Assembly (NCBI GenBank): GCA_938091905.1
Contig: CALKOM010000072.1
Coordinates: forward strand, 1-12,956
Length of the DNA: 12,956 nucleotides
Reading direction: 5' to 3'
From: an uncultured Verrucomicrobiales bacterium
Lineage (GTDB): Bacteria; Verrucomicrobiota; Verrucomicrobiia; Verrucomicrobiales; DEV007
Shown here: one piece after another, positions 6,960 to 12,956 of the stretch
How the letters are laid out: each line of letters opens with the position of its first letter
How positions within the stretch are numbered: position 1 is the first letter of the stretch
Made by a program: the position numbers and the translations under genes
The notes under the pieces: model-generated
Databases searched by the model: none
The model's input: only the letters and a program-made list of their open reading frames with translations
What the model was told of the DNA's origin: nothing

Positions 6960-8042
6960 ATGCCACGCCGTCTCTTTGCAGCCTTCGTTCTTGGACTTGC
7001 TATCAATCCATGGTCGGCGTTGGCCATGGATGCCGAAGCGCTTTACTACGATCAGGATTATCAGGCGTCCTATGAAGCGTACGATGCACGCCTGGGTGAG
7101 GGGGGCAAACATCGAAGTGAGCTGGAATACAGCGCGGGCACGGCTGCTTTCAAGACTGAGAACTATGGGCAAGCTGCAGAGCATCTTGGACGAGCTATTC
7201 TGGCGGATGACGAGTTGCTTCGTTCCAAGGCCTATTACAATCTTGGCAACACACTCTTTCGTCTCGGTCAGGAGAGTGAGGAACAGGAGGAGATCGAAGC
7301 TCAATGGCAATCGGCGATTGATCACTATGCAGATGCAGAAGCATTAGGCGGAGTTATGGAACGCAGTGCTCGGCACAACCGAGAGGTCGTCGAGAAGCAT
7401 CTAGCTGCGCTAAAAGGGGAAGAGCCCCCTGAGTCTGACGATCAGCAGCAGGACCAGAATCAGGACGGGGAAGAAGGGGAAGATAAAGAGCAGCAGAAGC
7501 AGGACGGTAAGCAGAATCAGGACTCGCAAGATCAGAATTCCGGCGAGGAAGGTCAGGATCAAGAGACCCAAGATCAATCTCAGGAAGGCCAGGATCAGCA
7601 GCAACCGCAAGACGGTCAGGAGCAAGAAGACCAAGAAGGTGAGCAGCAGCAAGATCAGCAATCCCAGCAATCCCAAGAAGGTAAAGAGGGCGAGCAGGAA
7701 CAGGGGCAGCAAGGCAAGCCGGGCGACGAGGGCAAGGAAGACGAGCAGCCCTCACAATCTAGCCAAGAAGGGCAGGAAGGTGAAGAAGGCAACCCAGCGG
7801 AGGAGACAAAAGAGCTTGATGGCGAAGTCAAAGCCGCCGACGACAAGGGGCAGAATCCTGATGGCGATCCTAAGGCGAAGGAAGGCCCTCAGAAGCCAAG
7901 TGCTTACGAACTTACCCAAGATGGCAAGTTGAGTGAAGCCGCCGCCCGTGCGCTGCTGGAAAGCCTTGAAAGCGAGGAGGTTAAAGCTCCCTTTGAAGTG
8001 CGACGTTCCAAGCAGCGTCGTCGAGTGATCCGGGACTGGTAG
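6960..8042 (+). CDS. BatC/BatB-C-terminal-like TPR protein with Q/E/D-rich low-complexity linker
   Basis: Signal peptide MPRRLFAAFVLGLAINPWSALA; TPR helices (LEYSAGTAAFKTENYGQAAEHL, KAYYNLGNTLFRLG, SAIDHYADA...ARHNREVV); long Q/E/D/G-rich tract; C-terminal LSEAAARALLESL...VIRDW, as in Bat-type TPR proteins. Start set at ATG 6960 instead of GTG 6825. Confidence 0.8.
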   Translation: MPRRLFAAFVLGLAINPWSALAMDAEALYYDQDYQASYEAYDARLGEGGKHRSELEYSAGTAAFKTENYGQAAEHLGRAILADDELLRSKAYYNLGNTLFRLGQESEEQEEIEAQWQSAIDHYADAEALGGVMERSARHNREVVEKHLAALKGEEPPESDDQQQDQNQDGEEGEDKEQQKQDGKQNQDSQDQNSGEEGQDQETQDQSQEGQDQQQPQDGQEQEDQEGEQQQDQQSQQSQEGKEGEQEQGQQGKPGDEGKEDEQPSQSSQEGQEGEEGNPAEETKELDGEVKAADDKGQNPDGDPKAKEGPQKPSAYELTQDGKLSEAAARALLESLESEEVKAPFEVRRSKQRRRVIRDW

Positions 8043-8047
8043 GTGGA

Positions 8048-8079
8048 TGAAGGAAGTGGTAGATAGAAGGCTTCCTTCA
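8048..8079. terminator. Inverted repeat between convergent genes, possible bidirectional terminator
   Basis: TGAAGGAAG (8048-8056) and CTTCCTTCA (8071-8079) form a 9-bp stem with a 14-nt loop that fills most of the 43-nt gap. No U-tract. Confidence 0.35.
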
Positions 8080-8085
8080 CGGGAG

Positions 8086-10230
8086 TTAGAGGTCGTTTGC
8101 CCGCACGATTGTAAGCTTATCGGCTAGCTGTGATTGGAATCGTCGAACGAGGTCCGCATGTTCCGGTGATTTGGCTAGATTCGTGTATTGCTTGGGATCG
8201 GTCTTCATGTCGAAGAGCTCGATTCCTGCTGAGGCATCTTCCTTGTATTGGAGGTAGGCCCAGTGGTCCTCACGTAGGAGGAAGCCTTTCCGCATGGGAG
8301 CAACTGAGAAGGCGGCCTCTCGCACGGAGCCCTTGGGATCGTCGAGTAGACTGGCAATGTTCTCGCCTTGGAGCCGATCAGCTACAGGCAAGCCGCAAAG
8401 AGCTGCGGTCGTTGGGTAGAGATCTAGCAATTCCACTAGAGAATGACACACCGCTGGTTTCTTGCCAGGCATCGCGATGATCAGTGGCACGGAGGCCGAC
8501 TCTTCCCGTAGGCTAACTTTCGCCCAGAAATCGTGTTCGCCTAAGTGATAGCCGTGATCACTGGTGAAGATGACGATGGTCTTGTCGTCCAGATCTGCCT
8601 TCTTCAGAGCCTCCATGACCACGCCGACCTGGGCATCCATATAGGCGACAGAAGCGTAGTAACCAGCAACGGCTTTCTGTTGACGGCGGAGGTCCATTTT
8701 CATGTTCTCGCTCGTCTTGTAGTTGATGCCTGCTTTGGGAATGTCCCCCCAATCACCAGGATACTTCTTCGGGAGAGTGTTTCTATCGTAGGGCTTAAAG
8801 GGCTCGTAGTATTTGCGTGGTGCCACGAAGGGGACATGGGGCCTGACAAAGCCAACGCCTAACCAGAATGGTTCGTCTTTGTGTCGCTCGATCAGTTGAG
8901 CCGCTTTCTGTGCGGTCTTGCCATCGGAATGGACAAGATCATCACCGTCGGCTTCTACGACGACAAAGGTGTTGCCACCGACGACAGGTCTCTTGCCGTC
9001 GGGATTGCCTTCTAACGTTTCTCCGTCGCCTGCCGCCATCCATTCAGGGCCGGGACTATTGAACCGTTCTGTCCAAGAGGCTTCATCGTCAGCGCCGTGT
9101 AGCTGTTCCTCTGACTTGCCTTGCTCTACGCCTCCAGGAACGCCCATGTGGTAGATCTTGGAAACACGCGCCGTGTGATAGCCATTGTTCTTGAAGAGCT
9201 GCGGCCAGGTTTCTCGATCTCCGATCTGCGGTCGAGGATTCTTGTAGCCGAGCACGCCAGTCGCATGGGGATAATAACCAGACATCAAGGAGGCGCGCGA
9301 TGGACCACAATAGGTGCCCTGGCAATAGGCGCGTGTGAAGCGCGTGCCACGCGCCGCGATTGCGTCGATGTTAGGAGTCTGGCACACTTGGTTGCCGTAG
9401 CAGGAGAGCGCAGTGGATGTGAGGTCATCAGAGATGATGAAAAGCACATTGTATGGGGCAGCTTTCTCAGTTGTTTCGAGGACGGTCAGCACCGGGCGAT
9501 GATCGGAGGCCACAGGCTCGTCGATGACTTGCGAAGATACAAAACTAAACGCTTTTTGCGGTCTGTGCAGGACGTAGTCGATCTCGATTCTCGGTTTATC
9601 CGATGGGAATGTGTGGGCATCTGAGTCCAACGTCGGATCGATCCAACCGGCTTCCTTTAACAGGCGCATTGGTGGCGATGTTGGCGTCGAATTGAAGTCT
9701 CCAGCCAAGATGACGGGTGCTTTCAAGCCTTTGAAGTGGGCTTGAAGGATCTGTGCCTGAGCCAATCGCTGCTCATTCGTTCCGTAAAAGTGATTTCCGG
9801 CAAAGAAGGCTGGCGTTGTGAACTGAGGCAACTTCACTTCGATGACTAACGTGGCTCGAGGTTCGTGGCCATCGGGCAATCTCAAGTTTAATTGCCTGAG
9901 AATAGGGTGCTTTGATAGGACCATTTGGCCATACTCACCACCATCATACTTCATGAAGCGGCCGAACGCGTAGCGCATGCCGGTGAGCTTGGCCAACTTG
10001 GCCGCTTGATCCACACCGCTGGCGCGAGCTGTTTTCACATCGATCTCTTGCAGGGCCACCAGGTCGGGTTCTTGGGCAGAAATCAGCTTCGCGATCCGAT
10101 CGAGATCGAACTTTCCGTCGGTCCCTTCTCCGTGGTGTATATTGTAGGTGAGGACTCGTAGTTCCTGGCAGGTTGCTGATGGCATCCACGAGAGGAGCAC
10201 TAAAAGAGTTGGTAGAAGGACCCGATGCAT
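8086..10230 (-). CDS. Secreted fusion: endonuclease/exonuclease/phosphatase (EEP) domain + formylglycine-dependent sulfatase (714 aa)
   Basis: Signal peptide MHRVLLPTLLVLLSWMPSATC; EEP motifs LRVLTYNIHHG, PDLVALQEID, ILAGDFNS, IDYVL and SDHRPV; sulfatase motifs NVLFIISDDL, CGPSRASLMSG, GFVRPHVPF and TSDHGYHLGEH..WAK (iduronate-2-sulfatase/choline-sulfatase-like). Start set at ATG 10230, which avoids overlap with the divergent gene. Confidence 0.92.
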   Translation of the reverse strand: MHRVLLPTLLVLLSWMPSATCQELRVLTYNIHHGEGTDGKFDLDRIAKLISAQEPDLVALQEIDVKTARASGVDQAAKLAKLTGMRYAFGRFMKYDGGEYGQMVLSKHPILRQLNLRLPDGHEPRATLVIEVKLPQFTTPAFFAGNHFYGTNEQRLAQAQILQAHFKGLKAPVILAGDFNSTPTSPPMRLLKEAGWIDPTLDSDAHTFPSDKPRIEIDYVLHRPQKAFSFVSSQVIDEPVASDHRPVLTVLETTEKAAPYNVLFIISDDLTSTALSCYGNQVCQTPNIDAIAARGTRFTRAYCQGTYCGPSRASLMSGYYPHATGVLGYKNPRPQIGDRETWPQLFKNNGYHTARVSKIYHMGVPGGVEQGKSEEQLHGADDEASWTERFNSPGPEWMAAGDGETLEGNPDGKRPVVGGNTFVVVEADGDDLVHSDGKTAQKAAQLIERHKDEPFWLGVGFVRPHVPFVAPRKYYEPFKPYDRNTLPKKYPGDWGDIPKAGINYKTSENMKMDLRRQQKAVAGYYASVAYMDAQVGVVMEALKKADLDDKTIVIFTSDHGYHLGEHDFWAKVSLREESASVPLIIAMPGKKPAVCHSLVELLDLYPTTAALCGLPVADRLQGENIASLLDDPKGSVREAAFSVAPMRKGFLLREDHWAYLQYKEDASAGIELFDMKTDPKQYTNLAKSPEHADLVRRFQSQLADKLTIVRANDL

Positions 10231-10308
10231 GAGGTGATCTTTGCAGGATCTGGGAGGCGGTAAAGGTTTTACATGGCATGGGTAATTGCGATGATATCGG
10301 CAACGATT

Positions 10309-11643
10309 ATGAGCAGTTTTTTCTCTTCCCGGCGCAAGTTCCTTAAGCAAGTAGGTGGCACAGCCCTCGCTTTCCAGGTTGTTCCAAGCAGAGTCTTTGG
10401 GGCCAACGAGCGCCTAAGCGTTGGATGTATCGGGATTGGAGGGAAAGGTGCAGGAGATGTGAAAGATATTGCGGACGCCGGTGCGGATATTGTGGCGCTT
10501 TGTGATGTGGACGAGCGTCGACGTGGAAAGAACATGGCAGAGCGTTTCCCTAAGGCTCCATTCCATAAAGATTTTAGAAGGTTGTTAGAAAAGGAGGGCA
10601 AGCATCTTGATGCCGTGAGTGTGTCGACGCCGGATCACCTGCACTGTCATGCGGCCGTCTGGGCGATGCGTATGGGTAAGCATGTCTATGTGCAGAAGCC
10701 GATGGCGCATTCAGTATGGGAGGCTCGCTACATGACGCAAGTGGCGAAAGAGCAAGGGGTAGCTACCCAGATGGGCAATCAAGCGCATGCGAACGAGCCC
10801 ATCCGAAGGGCCGTGGAACTCATTCGAGCGGGGATCATTGGGAAAGTGAAGGAAGTGCACACGTGGACGAACCGGCCGATCTGGCCTCAAGGCATCACGG
10901 AGATGCCCAAGGCGCAACCGATTCCCAATTCCCTCGATTGGTATCTTTGGTTAGGCCCAGCTCCAGATAGACCCTATCATGAAAGCTACTGCCCATTCAA
11001 GTGGCGCGGGTGGTGGGACTTCGGCACGGGAGCCCTTGGCGACATGGGTTGTCACATCATGGACATGCCGTTCTGGGCACTTGAGCTTAGGCACCCGACG
11101 AGTGTGGAAGCCAGGACGAATGGCTCAACGGAGTTTGGGGGGCCCAAAGCAGCAACGATCACTTACCGGTTCCCTGAGGGGCAATATTCTCACGAGTTGG
11201 ATTTCTGTTGGTATGATGGCAACAAGAAAGACCGGCAGATGCCGCCAGTCTCGGTCTTTGAAGGGACCGACTTCAATTCCGAGTCGGCAAAGAAGCTCGA
11301 TTGCCTTTTGATTGGAGACAAAGGCAAATTCCTGTTCCAGCGGGGAACCACGCGCTGGTTTGTTTATCCAAAGGACCGTCTTGAGGAGTTCAAGGACACG
11401 CCGGAAACTATCCGTCGTGTGCCTAACGAAGATGCCGAGTGGGTGGAAGCATGCAAAGGTGGGCCCGCTGCCCTTTCACACTTTGATCATTCTGGGCCCT
11501 TTACAGAAACAGTCTTGCTAGGAAACCTCGCCATCCGTGCAGGCAAGAAGATTGAATGGGATGGGCCCAATATGAAGGCAACAAATGCCCCCGAAGTGTC
11601 TGAGCTCATTCAGCGACCTTATCGGGCGGGTTGGGAGCTCTAA
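10309..11643 (+). CDS. Tat-exported Gfo/Idh/MocA family NAD(P)-dependent oxidoreductase
   Basis: Twin-arginine SRRKFLK signal, Rossmann VGCIGIGGKG, DAVSVSTPDHLH, KHVYVQKPMAH, QMGNQ, DWYLWLGPAP and WRGWWDFGTGALGDMGCHIMD. Start set at ATG 10309. Confidence 0.93.
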   Translation: MSSFFSSRRKFLKQVGGTALAFQVVPSRVFGANERLSVGCIGIGGKGAGDVKDIADAGADIVALCDVDERRRGKNMAERFPKAPFHKDFRRLLEKEGKHLDAVSVSTPDHLHCHAAVWAMRMGKHVYVQKPMAHSVWEARYMTQVAKEQGVATQMGNQAHANEPIRRAVELIRAGIIGKVKEVHTWTNRPIWPQGITEMPKAQPIPNSLDWYLWLGPAPDRPYHESYCPFKWRGWWDFGTGALGDMGCHIMDMPFWALELRHPTSVEARTNGSTEFGGPKAATITYRFPEGQYSHELDFCWYDGNKKDRQMPPVSVFEGTDFNSESAKKLDCLLIGDKGKFLFQRGTTRWFVYPKDRLEEFKDTPETIRRVPNEDAEWVEACKGGPAALSHFDHSGPFTETVLLGNLAIRAGKKIEWDGPNMKATNAPEVSELIQRPYRAGWEL

Positions 11644-11711
11644 TCTGGCTACCCAAGAATAAGCCAGTGCTATAGTTGCTCCATTACTTTAGGTCAGGAT
11701 TTATCTGGTGA

Positions 11712-12956
11712 TTAATTTGGCAAGGCAAAGGCTACCAAGCTTCCGCCGCTGGGCCGATTTGATTTGCCGCCTCCAGCAGAAATGACGACGTATTGCTTTC
11801 CGCCTGCCATGTAAGTGCTAGGGGCTGCCGTGCCGCTAAAGGGGAGCGTTGCCTTCCAAAGAACGTTGCCAGTGTCTTTGTCGAAAGCGCGGAAGGTTTC
11901 ATCGGCCGTCGCCCCAATGAAGAGGAGGCCGCTGGCGGTGACCACCGGGCCACCATAGTTCTCGGTGCCTGTTGGTGGGATGCCGCGTGCGGTCAGCTCG
12001 GGGTACTCGCCCAACGGAACTTTCCATTTGATCTCTCCAGTGTTGAGATCGACGGCGTTAAGGGTGCCCCAGGGTGGCTTGATTGCTGGATAGCCTTCTG
12101 GGTCCAGCCAGCGACGGAAGCCTGCGAAGGCGTAGGACGGCTCCGCTGCCTTGGAAACGTTGTCAGGAGTGCTTTCGCGCGGAAGCGATGCGCTCGGAGC
12201 TACCGCCTCACTGAGAATGTAGTCAATGATGGCGGCGCGTTTGGCCTCAGGCATCGTGGCGTAGCCGGGCATGCGCCCACCCCCTTGCCGGGTAATGAGT
12301 TCGATCTCGGCTCGAGTCTTGCGCTTTCCGATATCAATGAGCGAAGGAAAGTTAGCGATCACATTGCCCTTCTTCTCCAGACCATGACAGGCTGCACAGT
12401 ATACCTTATAGTCGCGCTCTCCGGGGACTAGCGGAGTGCCGTCTGCATGTTTTGTCTCTACCATTTGCATGAGCCAAGGCATCTCGTTGATATTGACATA
12501 GTAGATGCCATCGGGATCTGCCGCGCCGCCTCCCCATTCCATGCCGCCGTCGTAGCCGGGAAACATGACGGTTTCTCTTAAGCTTGGTGCGGCAAAAGGA
12601 CCGAAGTTTGGAGATGCTCGGATCCGGTCCAATGTGAGTTGGTGTGTCTCAGGAGAAAGGTCAGAGGCGTCCGCTTCCGTATAGCGTTGCCGCATCAGGG
12701 GCGCGGGTTTCGTGGGAAACGGCTGTGTTGGCCAGGCCTGTTCACCGACGAGGTCGGAAGCGGGGACAGGCTTCTCCTCGATCGGCCAGAGTGGTTCGCC
12801 CGTCACTCGGTCGAAAACAAAGAGCAGTCCGTGTTTGGTGCCCTGCGCAACTGCATCGATCTTCTTTCCCTCATGTGTCACGGTCAACAGGACTGGAGGG
12901 CAGGGCAGGTCCTTGTCTTGGAGATCGTGGTGCACAATTTGGTAATGCCAGAGTCG
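11712..12956 (-). CDS. PQQ-dependent (glucose-dehydrogenase-like) beta-propeller dehydrogenase with internal c-type cytochrome domain; 5'-truncated by the window edge
   Basis: Frame is open to the edge (RLWHYQIVHHDLQDKDLP...). Motifs LFVFDRVTGEPLWPIEE, FPGYDGGMEWGG, KPPWGTLNAVDLNTGEIKWKVPLG, GTENYGGPVVTASGLLFIGAT and GKQYVVISAGG; CAACH heme motif at 12384-12398 with downstream RMP (candidate axial Met). Confidence 0.9.
   Translation of the reverse strand, partial: RLWHYQIVHHDLQDKDLPCPPVLLTVTHEGKKIDAVAQGTKHGLLFVFDRVTGEPLWPIEEKPVPASDLVGEQAWPTQPFPTKPAPLMRQRYTEADASDLSPETHQLTLDRIRASPNFGPFAAPSLRETVMFPGYDGGMEWGGGAADPDGIYYVNINEMPWLMQMVETKHADGTPLVPGERDYKVYCAACHGLEKKGNVIANFPSLIDIGKRKTRAEIELITRQGGGRMPGYATMPEAKRAAIIDYILSEAVAPSASLPRESTPDNVSKAAEPSYAFAGFRRWLDPEGYPAIKPPWGTLNAVDLNTGEIKWKVPLGEYPELTARGIPPTGTENYGGPVVTASGLLFIGATADETFRAFDKDTGNVLWKATLPFSGTAAPSTYMAGGKQYVVISAGGGKSNRPSGGSLVAFALPN

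Noticed and set aside
7354..7755. Antisense ORFs including a very Leu-rich 'membrane protein' (7410..7712)
   Set aside because: Mirror of the CAG/GAA/CAA-rich low-complexity tract of the TPR gene.
7420..7800. Q/E-rich tract as a DNA tandem repeat
   Set aside because: No fixed-period nucleotide unit is visible; it is protein-level low complexity typical of Bat-type TPR proteins.
10231..10350. Apparent head-to-head overlap of the sulfatase fusion and the oxidoreductase in the ORF track
   Set aside because: It disappears when the signal-peptide-consistent starts (10230 and 10309) are used.
11645..11667. CTGGCT/AGCCAG hairpin after the oxidoreductase stop
   Set aside because: A 6-bp stem with an 11-nt loop and no U-tract is too weak to call a terminator.
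11793..12431. 212-aa plus-strand ORF (and similar antisense ORFs such as 9121..9624)
   Set aside because: They lie entirely antisense to strongly supported genes and have no motifs; typical shadow ORFs.

Overview
Gene-dense bacterial chromosomal window. The gene content (two DUF1080 proteins, a Tat-exported Gfo/Idh/MocA oxidoreductase, a Cys-type sulfatase, a Q/E-rich TPR protein) suggests a PVC-superphylum organism, probably Verrucomicrobiota; this is an inference. The left third is a co-directional minus-strand iron module: a perfect 7-1-7 Fur-like palindrome, feoA, feoB, a cluster of GTAG-type REP palindromes, a 49-aa FeoB-associated Cys-rich membrane peptide missed by the ORF track, an A-type Fe-S carrier (IscA/HesB) and an HscB-like J-domain co-chaperone with no hscA/iscU/iscS nearby. 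The rest is mainly sugar-catabolic: two secreted DUF1080 proteins flanking an atypical ROK kinase lacking the usual Zn ligands, an orphan BatC-like TPR protein, a secreted EEP-domain/sulfatase fusion divergent from the Gfo/Idh/MocA gene, and the 3' part of a PQQ dehydrogenase with an inserted cytochrome c domain. I saw no RNA genes, CRISPR arrays or transposases. All family assignments come from motifs recognised by eye; no database searches were run.
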